From: Malacoraja senta
Lineage: Eukaryota
NCBI GenBank assembly: GCA_038087875.1
Contig: CM075999.1
Coordinates: 3,102,001-3,166,000 of the forward strand
Reading direction: 5' to 3'
Length of the DNA stretch: 64,000 bases
The notes below the pieces were generated by a model that ran no database searches, was not told where the DNA came from, and was given only the letters and a program-made list of their open reading frames with translations. Positions 13,148 through 24,900 of the stretch are shown piece by piece. The position numbers were made by a program, and so were the translations under genes. How positions within the stretch are numbered: position 1 is the first letter of the stretch; the number at the start of each line of letters is the position of its first letter.

Positions 13148-13624
13148 CTGGGGAAAGACGAACAGCTTTAGTTTCAGAGATACAGCGCGGAAACAGGCCC
13201 TTCGGCCCACCGAGTCCGTGCCGACCAGCGATCCCCGCGCACTTACACTCTCAAAACACAAGCACACTAGGGACAATGTTTTACATTTACACCAAAGCCA
13301 ATTAACCTACAAACCTGCACGTCAAACCAAGCCCTACAGGGTGTGGCAGGAGACCGAAGATCTCGGAGAAACCCCCGCGGGTCACGGGGAAAACGTGCAA
13401 ACTCCATACAGGCAGCACCCGTAGTCGGGATCGAACCCTGGTCTCTGGCGCTGTGAGCACTGTAAGGCATCAACTCTGTCGCTGCGCCACCGTGCCGCCC
13501 AGCTGTTTATTGAAACGATGCAAAGTTTCCTTTCCCTTCCTCTCTGGGAGTTTGCTGGTTACACACCTTCTATTGACGGCCCCAAAGTGGACATGGTTGA
13601 ATGCTTTAAGTAAATATCACCAGC

Positions 13625-14125
13625 AACTTGGCCTGGCCAGCATGTCCAAGCAATGACCAAGAAAGCACACCAACACCTCCACTTCCTTAGGAGGCCTTAG
13701 GAAGTTCGGCATGTCCCCAACAACTCTCACCAACTTCTACAGATGCGCCATAGAATGCATTTTCTTGGGATGTATCACAGCACGGTTTGGGAACAGCTCC
13801 CGTCCAAGACCACAAGAAATTACAGAGAATTGTAGACACAGCCCAGACAATCACACAAACCAACCTCCCTTCCATCCATCGCCTCCATCTACACCTCACG
13901 CTGCCTCGGCAAGGTCAGCAGCATAATCAAGGACCAGTCTCACCCCCGGCCCTCCCACTTCTCCCTCTCCCATCGGGCAAAAGGTACAGAAGTGTGAAAA
14001 CACACACCTCCAGATTCAGGGACAGTTTCTTCCAGCTGTTATCAGGCAACTGAACCATCCCACCACAACCAGAGAGCGGTCCTGAACTACTATCCACCTC
14101 TTTGGTGACCCTCGACTATCTTTGA
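13625..14125 (+). mobile_element. Rex1/Babar-type LINE 3' fragment (also ~35965-36467)
   Basis: KKAHQHLHFLRRLRKFGMSPTTLTNFYRCAIES..IIKDQSHPGHSLF..LPSGKRYRS..RFRDSFFP, typical of the Rex/Babar ORF C-terminus. Confidence 0.8.
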
Positions 14126-14312
14126 TCGATAGCGGAGTCGGGGATATGGGGAGAAGGCAGGAACGGGGGGACTGATTGTGCTGTTCAGCCATGATCACAT
14201 TGAATGGCGGTGCTGGCTCGAAGGGCCGAATGGCTACTCCGGCACCTATTGTCTTTACTTGTTCTATCATGCACTAAACGTTATTCCCTTATCAGGTAAT
14301 CTGTACACTGTA

Positions 14313-14575
14313 GGTGGACAAAATTGCTGGAGAAACTCAGCGGGTGGGGCAGCATCTATGGAGCGAAGGAAATAGCAACGTTTCAGCCTGAAACCCTTAA
14401 GGAAATAGACAACGTTTCGGGCCGAAACCCTTAAAGGTTTCGGCCGAAACCCTTAAGGTTTCGGGCCGAAACGTTGCCTATTTCCTTCGCTCCATAGATG
14501 CTGCTGCACCCGCTGAGTTTCTCCAGCAATTTTGTCTACCTTCGATTTTCCCGCATCTGCAGTTCCTTCTTAAAC
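14313..14575. mobile_element. Hairpin (inverted-pair) Penelope-derived insertion with 14-bp TSD (also ~36657-36901)
   Basis: atctgtacactgta on both sides; left and right arms are reverse complements around gaaacccttaagggtttc. Confidence 0.8.
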
Positions 14576-15478
14576 ATCTGTACACTGTAAATGTAATCAT
14601 GTTTTGTCTTTCCGCTGACTGGATGCACGCAACAAAAGCTTTTCACTGTACCTCGGTACACGTGACCTAAACTCAACTGAACCAATGTGCGGCAGATGGG
14701 AATTAAGTCAGTCCTCATCTCCAAAGATGACCTGTGGTCATTGGAAAAGCCTTGTGTTAAGTCTGGCCGTCATTAACCGGTCATTGTCACCAAAGTCAAA
14801 GCACACTAGCCTGCACTTACACTAAGGCACAAAGTGCTGGAGTAATTTAGTGCGTTTAGATTAGTTTTTTTATTGTTACGTGTCCCGAGGAATGGTGAAA
14901 AGCTTTAGTTCTGTGTTAACCTGCCAGCAGAAAGACAATACATGATTACATTCAACTCAATGGGTCACCAAAGAGGTAGATAGTAGTTCAGGACCGCTCT
15001 CTGGTTGTGGTAGGATGGTTCAGTTGCCTGATAACAGCTGGGAAGAAACTGTCCTGAATCTGGAGGTGTGCGTTTGTTTTCACACTTCTGTACCTCTTGC
15101 CCGATGGAGGGGGAGAAGAGGGAGTGGCCGGGGGTGAGACTGGTCCTTGATTATGCTGCTGGCCTTGCCGAGGCAGCCTGAGGTGTAGATGGAGTCAAAA
15201 TGTCCTGAACCAGGAGGAGTGCGTTCCACAGTCTGTGGAATTCTCTGCCTCAGAGGGCGGTGGAGGCGGGTTCTCTGGATACTTTCAAGAGAGAGCTAGA
15301 TAGGGCTCTTAAAAATAGCGGAGTCAGGGGATATGGGGGGAGAAGGCAGGAACGGGGTACAGATTGGGGATGATCAGCCATGATCACATTGAATGGCGGT
15401 GCTGGCTCGAAGGGCCGAATGGCCTACTCCTGCACCTATTGACTATTCACACTTCTATTCCAAAGCAATTTGGGAAGC

Positions 15479-15511
<33 letters not shown>

Positions 15512-15693
15512 CCGGGCAGTCTGTCTTAGTTTAGTTTGGAGACACAGTGCAGAAACAGGCACTTTGGCCCACCGAGTCCGCGCTGACCAGCGATCCCCGC
15601 ACATTAACACGATCCTACACACACTAGCCCTGAACTACTATCTACCTCAACAGGCCCATTCGGCCCACCGAGCCCAGCCTAGCTCTCTGTTAC

Positions 15694-15881
15694 CTGGCAT
15701 GAAGCGATCATTCTCGTAGTCACAGACGTTGTGGTTGGCTGGGTGCACTGACTGAACGGCTGGTTCCCGAAGAGGTTGTCGCACCGCAGACTGTGGCAGA
15801 GCTTCTCCAGGAACCGTAGGGCGTACACCACGCTGTTCACAGCCGGCAGGTTTAACGTGTGCTGTTCGTGGTCAAATGTAG
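15694..15881 (-). CDS. SCMH1: SCMH1 SLED exon 2, copy A; frameshifted (188 nt)
   Basis: gggtgcactg vs copy B gggttgcactg; splice sites intact. Confidence 0.85.
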
Positions 15882-16619
15882 CTGAGGAGGCAGCACAGAG
15901 AAAGGGAATTAAATCGCAATCGCAAGGACCGCCACAAACCGGTGAGCGACAGAATGGAACAAGGTCACGGCCGATACTCCAACATTCTGTCGTCTCATCC
16001 CCTTCCTTCCCCTCGTCTTTTGTCAAACTGAAGAAGGGTCTCGACCCGAAAAGTCACCCGTTCCTTCTCTCCAGAGATGCTGCCTGTCCCGCTGAGTTAC
16101 TCCAGCATTTAAACCAGCATCTGCAGTTCTTTCCTACACCCTCGTCTTTTTAGTGATACAGCGCGCAAACAGGCCCTTCGGCCCATCGACTCTGCGCTGA
16201 CCAGCGATCCCCGCACACAAACACTACCCGACACACACACTAGGGACAACTTTACATTTGATACCAAGCCAATCAACCTACAAACCCGCACGTCTTTGGG
16301 ATGTGGGAGGAAACCGGAGCACCCGGAGAAAACCCACGCGGTCACAGGGGGACCGTCACCCATTCCTTCTCAACCAGCATCTGCAGTTCCTTCCTACATC
16401 ATCCCAGCCACCCTGATCCTTTCAGTTCAGTTCAGTTTATTGTCACGTGTACCGAGGTACATTGAAAAGCTTTTTGTTGCCTGCTAACCAGTCAGCGGAA
16501 AGACAATACATGATTACAATCGATCCATTTGCAGTGTATGGATGCATGATGAGGGAATAACGTTTAGTGCAAGGTCAAGCCAGCAATCCCACCTCCCCTC
16601 TGCACAATTCTAAAAAAAG

Positions 16620-17265
16620 AAAGCTAATGACATGTTGGCCTTCATTGCGAGAGGATTTGAGTGTAGGAGCAAGGAGGTCCTACTGCAGTTGTACAGGGCC
16701 CCGGCAAGCCCCACCTGGAGTATTGTGTGCAGTTTTGGTTTCCTAATTTGAGGAAGGACATTCTTGCTATTGAGGGAGTGTAGTGTAGGTTCACCAGGTT
16801 AATTCACGGGATGGCAGGACTGACATATGATGAATGAATGGGTCGACTGGGCTTATATTCACTGGAATTTAGAAGGATGAGAGGGTATCTTATAGGAAAC
16901 ATATTATATTCTTAAGGGATTGGACAGGCTAGATGCAGGGAAATTGTTCCCCATGTTGGGGGAGTCCAGAACCAGGGGTCACAGTTTAAGAATAAGGGGT
17001 AGGCCATTTAGGACAGAGATGAGGAAAATCTTTTTCACCCAGAGAGTTGTGAATCTGTGGAATTCTCTGCCACACAAGGCAGTGGAGGCCAATTCAATGG
17101 ATGTTTTCAAGAGAGAGTTAGATTTAGCTCTTGGGGGCTAAAGGAATCAAGGGATATGGGGAGAAAGCAGGAACGGGGTACTGATTCTGGATGATCAGCC
17201 ATGATCATATTGAATGGCGGTGCTGGCTCGAAGGATCAAGTGGCCTACTCCTGCAACTATTTTCT
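16620..17265 (+). mobile_element. Degenerate CR1-clade LINE 3' fragment (also ~39057-39700)
   Basis: Same ORF2 motifs, with stops and frameshifts. Confidence 0.88.
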
Positions 17266-17618
17266 ATCTTTCTATTGTTTAAGAAAGAACTGCAGATGCT
17301 GGAAAAATCAAAGGTAGACAAAAATGCCGGAGAAACTCAGCGGGTGAGGCAGGATCTATGGAGCGAAGGAACAGGTGACGTTTCGGGTCGAGACCTTTCT
17401 TCAGACTGATGTGGGGGTGGGGGGGGCGGGAAGAAGCTTCCCGTCCCCCCCCTCACCCCCACCCGCACATCAGTCTGACCAGAAACGTCACCTATTCCTT
17501 CGCTCCGTAGATGCTGCCTCACCCGCTGAGTTCCTCCAGCATTTTTGTCCACCTTCTATCTTTCTATGTTTCTCATCATCAACAGAGGGCTGAAGGACGT
17601 GAGGAGTTGCTCGCTCAC

Positions 17619-17818
17619 CTGATATCACCTCCCCGCCATGCCCCTGCTTGAGGAAGGAGAAGACCACCTTCTGATTGTAGGCGCAGTCGATGCAGGCTTG
17701 TGCGGCCTGCTGGAGGACCACCGATGCCCGGCCGGCCCAAAGTGGTCGGGCAGCTGCTGGACCTTCTTCCTGTCCAGGTGCGGGCCGGCGTTGCCGTTCT
17801 TGTTCAAGTAGACGCACA
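17619..17818 (-). CDS. SCMH1: SCMH1 SLED exon 1, copy A; frameshifted (200 nt)
   Basis: gcccggccggc vs copy B gcccgggccggc; splice sites intact. Confidence 0.85.
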
Positions 17819-17904
17819 CTGCGCGAGGACACAAGAGCAGAGAACGGCCGTCACCCTCCCCAGCAACATTCACAAGGTCATAGGAGCAGAGACAGGCCAT
17901 TCGG

Positions 17905-18315
17905 CCCATCTACTCAACAACCCGGCGTACACTGCAAGGGCCAGGAAGCGAGCGGGCAAGATCATCTCTGACCCCTCTCACCCTGGCCACAAACTCTTTG
18001 AATCACTTCCCTCCGGAAGGCGACTCCGGACTGTCAAAGCTGCCACAGCCAGACATAAAAATAGTTTTTATCCACGAGTAGTTGCTCTACTCAACAGCCA
18101 AAAATCTGTAGCCTCCCTTTGATCTGGTATTTTGTTGGTTCACATGCTTGATCAATGGTGTTTTATCATGAATGTTTTATTATTATTAATGTTTAGTGTT
18201 TTCTGAGTCATTCCTAACTGTCACTGTATGTCATGTTGTTACTTGTGGGCGGAGCACCAAGGCAAATTCCTTGTATGTGAATACTTGGCCAATAAACTTA
18301 CTTACTTACTTACTT
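17905..18315 (+). mobile_element. Rex/Babar-type LINE 3' end with (ctta)n tail (also ~40340-40750)
   Basis: KIISDPSHPGHKLFESLPSGRRLR..RHKNSFYP, then aataaa and (ctta)n. Confidence 0.75.
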
Positions 18316-18939
18316 ACATTCCATCTATCTCTCCCTCCTAACCCCATTAACTAAATTCCTGGGGTGGGAGATTGCACCCTTCACGTGGACCGCCCTGTTT
18401 CGACGAATGCAATCAACCTGACGTGCACAATCAAATAAGATCAAATAGAACAAGTTGTCCTCCAACTTCAGGCTGTGCACGCCATACGCAAGAAGAAGAA
18501 CTAAATTCCTCCTCGTCTCCTTGCTAAAGGAACGGCCTTTAATTCTGAGGCTGTGGCGTCTGGCCCTAGACTCTCCCACTAGTGGAAACATCCTCTCACA
18601 TCCACTCTATCCAGGCCTTTCACTGTTCGGTAAGTTTCAATGAGGCCCCTGCTGAGACTGTCTTGTTTCTCCCCAGCACAGAGGCTGCCCGACCCAACGA
18701 GCATCGCGGGCTCACTGACCAGTTCAACTCTCCTGCTGATCACAATTCATCGGCCATGGTCATATTGAATGGTTTGAAGGGCCGAATGGCCTACTCCTGC
18801 ACCTATTTTCTATGCATGCCTCGTTGTCACCTTCCCCGAGCTAACAATGATCTATTCTACAATTTCCTTGACCTCCGTCCCCTTTTTCACACCTTACCCT
18901 TCCTTATCTCTGTGTCTCCCTCTCCCCCTGACTCTCGGT

Positions 18940-18967
18940 CTGAAGAAGGGTCTCGACCCGAAACGTC
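18940..18967 (+). ncRNA. Minimal type-I hammerhead ribozyme motif (Penelope-type); same core at 41388-41415(+), 1670-1697(-), 4035-4062(-), with variants at 37775(+), 59563(+), 16028(+)
   Basis: ggt-CTGAAGA-aggg tctcga ccc-GAAACGTC-acc: CUGANGA box, stem II, GAAA box, palindromic ACGT in place of stem III, GUC cleavage triplet, 3-bp stem I. Confidence 0.72.
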
Positions 18968-19066
18968 ACCCATTCCTTCTCTCCAGAGTTGCTGCCTGTC
19001 CCGCTGAGTTACTCCACCATTTTGTGCCTATCTTCGCCGCAGTTGTTTGCTACAGGTTGAGCTCAC

Positions 19067-19196
19067 CTGTGGGGGATTGCATGATGGTGGTGCTGGGGAT
19101 GGTGGCTGCATCGTGAGGAACCGTGCTGGTGTCCGGCTCCGGGGTGCTGATGGTGGGCGACGTCGGCACTGGGCTCTGGATGGCTCGTGGTTTCCG
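19067..19196 (-). CDS. SCMH1: SCMH1 exon (copy A), RKPRAIQSPVPTSPTISTPEPDTSTVPHDAATIPSTTIMQSPT, intact
   Basis: 130 nt, phase 0 to 1, tag/gtgag boundaries, open frame. Confidence 0.9.
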
Positions 19197-19274
19197 CTAC
19201 AAGAACAAAGCACCAGACAGAACGGCCAGTGAGCGGTGAAGCAAGCGAGAGGACAGCGGGGCGTCTAAACCTGG

Positions 19275-19846
19275 CTACGGATGTGGACTCTTCTACATCG
19301 CCGAGACCAAACGTAAACCGTGCGATCGTTTCGCTCAGTCCGCCTCGACCTACCTGATCTCCTGGTTGCCAAACACTTCAACTCCCCCTCCCATTCCCAC
19401 ACTAACCTTTCTGTCCTGGGCCTCCTCCATTGTCAGTGTGAGGCCCAGCGCAAATTGGAGGAACAGCACCTCATATTTCGCTTGGGTAGCTTACACCCCA
19501 GCGGTATGAATATTGACTTCTCTAACTACAAATAGCCCTCTCCTCCTCTCTCTCCGTCCCCCCCCCCCCACCACCCCCCGCCACCACTAAAGTCGCACCA
19601 GCTTCAAGGTCATCTTGTTGAATCTCGTTGTCTGTAACTGGTTTTCACCTAGCCCACACCTAACAATGCCAGTTTCCTTGTCTCCGTCATCATCGTTACT
19701 GTTTTTGCATATCTTTCATTCATCTGTTCTGTATTTCTCCATATCACCGCCAATATCTCTCGTTTCCCTCTCCCCGACCATCAGTCCGGTGAAGGGTCCT
19801 GACCCGAAGCGTCGCCTGTTCCTTCTCCCCAGAGATGCTGCCTGCA
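19275..19846 (+). mobile_element. Penelope-like element 3' fragment: GIY-YIG endonuclease C-terminus, then 3' UTR/pLTR with decayed hammerhead (also ~41720-42325)
   Basis: CGLFYIAETKR..RSVRLDLPDLLVAKHFNSPSHS..VLGLLHC..RKLEEQHLIFRLGSLHPSGMNIDF*, followed by gaagggtcctgacccgaagcgtc. Confidence 0.85.
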
Positions 19847-20006
19847 TATGAGCTGGTAGCTGAACGTGGAGGGTTGTCTAACCTAATCTGGTCACGAACT
19901 GCTGGAGTAACTCAGCGGGAAAGGCAGCATCTCTGGGGAGAAGGAATGGGTGACGTTTCGGGTGGAGACCCTCCTTCAGACCCCGACTCTCCTCCTCCTC
20001 ACCCAC

Positions 20007-20261
20007 CTTGCTGCCAGGTTTCGGACCTCTCTTCTTTGGGAGTTTCAGCGGCTCCAGGAGTTTGGCGGCGGCCGGAGGGGCGGGGCTGCTTTGCGTCTCC
20101 GCCTTGCCGTCGCCCGTCTGTCCCGTCCGGCTGCGCTTGCGGCCGGGCTTGCGGCCACGGTGGCCGCCCAGCTGCTCCGCCACGCCCTTCACCAGCACCT
20201 GCATGCTCTGCTTCTCCGTATTCCTCCTCCGCCGACGCCGGCAGGCTCTTGGGAATGACGG
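20007..20261 (-). CDS. SCMH1: SCMH1 RBR exon, copy A; frameshifted (255 nt)
   Basis: ccgtattcc vs copy B ccgattcc (one extra base); splice sites intact. Confidence 0.85.
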
Positions 20262-20379
20262 CTAGGGACAGACAATAAACCGGGAGACACGTTAAGGGTC
20301 AACTTCCACGCCGAAACCCCGCACCCCTCCAGACGATTCTGTACCCCATTGCCGACACTGGACGCTGTCTCAGCCACAA

Positions 20380-20633
20380 GCCATGGACCACGGCCACTAC
20401 AGGCAAGCCAAGGACACTAGCCATGAAATATGGCCACTAGCCACAAATATATGGCCACTAGATACACAGCATGGCCACTAGATACACACCATGGCCACCA
20501 GATACACACATGGCCACTCGATACACACCATGACCACCAGATACACACCATGGCCACTACAGGCAAGCCAAGGCCACTAGCCATGAAATATGGCCACTAG
20601 ACACGGCCACCAGACATGGGCCATGGCCACTAG
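20380..20633 (+). repeat. ~20-bp minisatellite (catggccactagatacacac), ~12 degenerate units (also 42820-43073)
   Basis: Visible tandem periodicity. Confidence 0.9.
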
Positions 20634-21715
20634 CCTTGAAGAGGCAATTTACAGAAGCCAATTAACATACAAACCTGCACGTCTTTGGGGCGTGGGATAA
20701 AACCGGAGCACCCGGAGAAAACCCACGCGGGGAGAACGTGCAAACTCCACACAGGCAAGCTTAAAAGTGCGCACCACCAGACTCAGGAACAGCTTCTTCC
20801 CCTCTGTTATCAGGCTTCTGAACATAAGCCAGGGTACTGTCCGATTCACCTCTACCCCATTGCGGACATTGGACTTTGTCTGTGGAACTGATGCGCTACA
20901 ATGCTGAGAACTACATTCTGCACTCTGTATCTTCCCCTTTGCTCCACCTACTGGACTGGAGTTTGGCATGATTGTATTTCTGTATAGTATTATCTGATCT
21001 CATTGGATAGCGTGCAGAACAAAGCTTTGCACTGTACCTCGGTACACGTGACAATATTAACCTTAAATCTAGTGGGTCGCCATTAAGAATAATCCATCCT
21101 CGGTTGAAGAGGGCTCCAGGTTTCTGGTGATCATTTCTATATACAGGTCCACCACTGATTTTCTGGCACCCTTGGTTCCAGAGCCTTGGAACAACGCAAC
21201 CGGCTGGTGGTGAAATGTAGCTACATGGGCGGCACGGTGGCACAGCGATAGTCGGCGAGCAAGTGTCCTTGTGAGGAAGTCTTATAGAGAGAAGGACATT
21301 ATATATTTTAATGTTCCATTATTCTGTGTTGGCACTTCTGGGTGAGGATGCTAACTGCATTTCGTTGTCTCTGTATCTGTACACTGCACAATGACAATAA
21401 CGTTTTGAATCTGACAGCGTTTATACTATCACTATAGTTTAGCGGGCGGCACGATGGTGTGTTTAATATCCCGTGGTGCTACTGCAAGTAATAACGTCAT
21501 TGTTCTATCTGGGCCATATGACAATAAAACACTCTTGTCTCTCTTGACCGTGTGGGTTTTCTCCTGGTGCTCCGGTTTCCTCCCACACACCAAAGATGTT
21601 AATTGGCTTTGGTAAAAATTATTTAAAAAATAATTAAAATGTGGATTGTGGAAATGTCGCAGACCCCTACATCTAGAAAGAATTAGACTCGTCTTTAATG
21701 GACAAGCAAGAACTT

Positions 21716-21915
21716 NNNNNNNNNNNNNNNNNNNNNNNNNNNNNNNNNNNNNNNNNNNNNNNNNNNNNNNNNNNNNNNNNNNNNNNNNNNNNNNNNNNNN
21801 NNNNNNNNNNNNNNNNNNNNNNNNNNNNNNNNNNNNNNNNNNNNNNNNNNNNNNNNNNNNNNNNNNNNNNNNNNNNNNNNNNNNNNNNNNNNNNNNNNNN
21901 NNNNNNNNNNNNNNN
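21716..21915. other. Assembly gap (200 N)
   Basis: Run of N. Confidence 1.
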
Positions 21916-24900
21916 AGTGGTCTTGGCATCATGGTCGGCACAGACATTGTGGGCCGAAGGGCCTGTTCCTGTGCTGTACCTTTCCATGTTCTAATGGGCA
22001 CTGGAAATTTAATATGACATTTGGCCATTAATAAGTTTAACTCACTCTATCTCTTTGTTCGAGCTAATATTACTTGACATTTGGTGAGGTCTATGGCCAG
22101 GAAGTGTTGAGAGGACTAGGCCAGTAAGGCACCTTGACTGGCATTGACAAGGTGGGCTGAAGGCCTCTTTCTGTGCTGTAAAGCCTTTGATCAGTTTACT
22201 TTCTAATTCATCCAGCCACTTTTCTGTTTGCTAGTGGTCTATAAAGCACAAAGTGAGAGGTCAGAGGGTAGTTAACCTGTGGAACTCGTTGCCACCGAGG
22301 GGCTGTGGAGGCCGTCAGTGGATAGGAAAAAGGGGTCGGCCATTTAGAACGGAGATGAGAAAAACTTTTTCACCCAGAGAGTTGTGGAATTCTCTGCCTC
22401 TGAAGGCGGTGGAGGCCAATTCTCCTGGATACTTTCAAGAGAGAGTTAGATAGAGCTCTTAAAGATAGCGGAGTCAGGGATAAGGCGGGAACGGAGTAAC
22501 TGATTGTGGATGATCAGCCGTGATCATATTGAATGGCGGTGCTGGCTCGAAGGGCCGAATGGCCTACTCCTGCACCTATTGTCTATAGATATTTTTAAGG
22601 CAGAGATGGACAAATTCTTAATTAGAACGGGTGTCAGGGGTTATGGGGAGACGGCAGGAAAATCGGAGGCAGAGATCAGCCATGATTGAATGGCGGAGTA
22701 GACGCGATTGGCCGAATGGCCTGATCCTACTCCTATAACGTGAACTTGTAAATGTCGGTCACAAAGTGTTGAGGGAACTCAGCGGGTCAGGCAGCATCTC
22801 CGGGGAACATGGACATGGGCCCTCAGGTCAACGTGCCCCATCTACACTAGTCCCACCTGCCCACAGACCAACATGCCCCATCTACACTAGTCCCACCTGC
22901 CCACAGACCAACATGCCCCATCTACACTAGTCCCACCTGCCCACAGACCAACATGCCCCATCTACACTAGTCCCACCTGCCCACCCCTACCAACATGCCT
23001 CATCTACACTAGTCCCACCTGCCCACCCCGACCAACATGCCCCATCTACACTAGTCCCACCTGCCCACCCCGACCAACATGCCCCATCTACACTAGTCCC
23101 ACCTGCCCGCATTTGGCCCATATTCCTCTAAACCTGTCCTATCCATGTCCCTGTCTAAATGTTTAAACGTTGCAATAGTCCCAGCCTCAACTACCTCCTC
23201 CAGCAGCTCGTTCCATACACCCACCACCCTTTGTGTGAAAATGTTACCCCTCAGGTACCTTAAAAATCTTTCCCCCTTCACCTTGAACCTATGTCCTCTG
23301 GCCCTTGATTCCCCTACTCTGGGAAAGAGACTGGGTACATCTGTCCCGATCTATTCCTGCATTTACCCCACCTACCTAGTTTCCGTTTCATGTCGGGACC
23401 CTTCTTCAGACAAGTCTTAGTAATGGGTGCAATCGATGAAAGTTGAGGAAGATGTGTGCTTAGTGTTGGAGTCTGTTGCTTTAATGCCTCAATTCAAGAG
23501 TTGGCAATAATAGGGCGCCACGGTGGCGCAGCGGTAGAGTTGCTGCCTCACAGCGCCAGAGACCCGGGTTCCATCCTGACCACGGGCGCTGTCTGTACGG
23601 AGTTTGTACGTTCTCCCCGTGACCTGCGTGGGTTTTCTCCGGGTGCTCCGGTTTCCTCCCGCACTCCAAAGACGTGCAGGTTTGTAGGCTAATTGGCTTT
23701 GGTATAATTGTAAATTATAGATCCTTAGTGTATAGGATCGCTGCAGACTCGGTGGGCCAAAGGGCCTGTTTCCACACTGTATCTTTGAACTAAACGGTGT
23801 TGTGTTGGTGTTACTCCATAACACTGTAGACGAGCCTCTCACAAAGCTAGCCCCTGATCTTAACCTTCATTTACTTATTTTCCCCACACAGAGAGTGTGT
23901 GTGTGGGGGGGGTGTATGGAACGAGCTGCCAGAGGATGTCGTTGAGGCAGGGACTTTAACAGCATTTAAAAGACATTTTGACAAGTACACAAATAGAAAC
24001 AAAGGAACTGCAGACGCTGGTTTCCACCAGAGTTAGACACAAAGTGCTGGAGTAACTCAGCGGGTCAGGCAGCGTCTCTGGAGAAAAAGGATGGGTGACG
24101 TTTCGGGTCGAGACCCTTCTTCAGTATCTGGTCCAGTCTGGAGAAGGGCACCAACCCAAAACGTCACCTATCCATGTTCTCCACAGATGCTGCCTGACCC
24201 GCTGAGTTACTCTGGCACAGTGTACTTCTGTGCTTTGTAAGCTATACGGAACCACACTATAAATGATAAGGTAGACCAAAATGCTGGAAAAACTCAGCGG
24301 GTGCGGCAGCATCTATGGAGCGAAGGAAATAGGCAACGTTGCCTATTTCCTTCAGGGTTTCGGCCCGAAAGGTTGCCCATTTCCTTCGCTCCACAGATGC
24401 TGCCTGACCCGCTGAGTTACTCAGCGCTCTGTGAAACGTCACCTATCCATGTTCTCCACAGATGCTGCCTGACCCGCTGAGTTACTCCAGCACTCTGTCT
24501 TTTTTTGTAAACCAGCACCTGCAGATTCTTGTATCTCCTATTCTTCCTGTGTTTGGCGTGGAAATCAAATGTGCAAGCTTCTCTAAATAATCAATAAACT
24601 GTCTGTTACCAGCAACTTAAAACACATTTGGTGAAAGTAAGTGATTAAAAGTCGACAATGGGATTACGTTTCTCCTGCTGCAGAATGCTATTTCTGAAAT
24701 TGGTTTCTGCCCAGTTAATAGCAGAAGCAACGCATACTCCAAAATCAAGGGCCATATCAGTGATTCTTGCCTATCCCAGACTTGAGAAGATGTCCCAACC
24801 ATTGTAACAATGTGACATCTCCACGCCTTCATGTCCATCATTGGATAGGTACACTGATAGGAAAGATTCAGAGGGATAGGGGCCAAATCTGAGTCGATTA

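Larger units (their letters stand above)
1..21715 (+). repeat. Copy A of a ~22 kb direct duplication (probably extends left of the window)
   Basis: Colinear and near-identical to 22671-44152; ends exactly at the N gap. Confidence 0.97.

Noticed and set aside
4416..20261. Genuine SCMH1 paralog or pseudogene
   Set aside because: Intronic near-identity, abutment to a gap and 1-nt indels in both copies favour an assembly artefact; not formally excluded.
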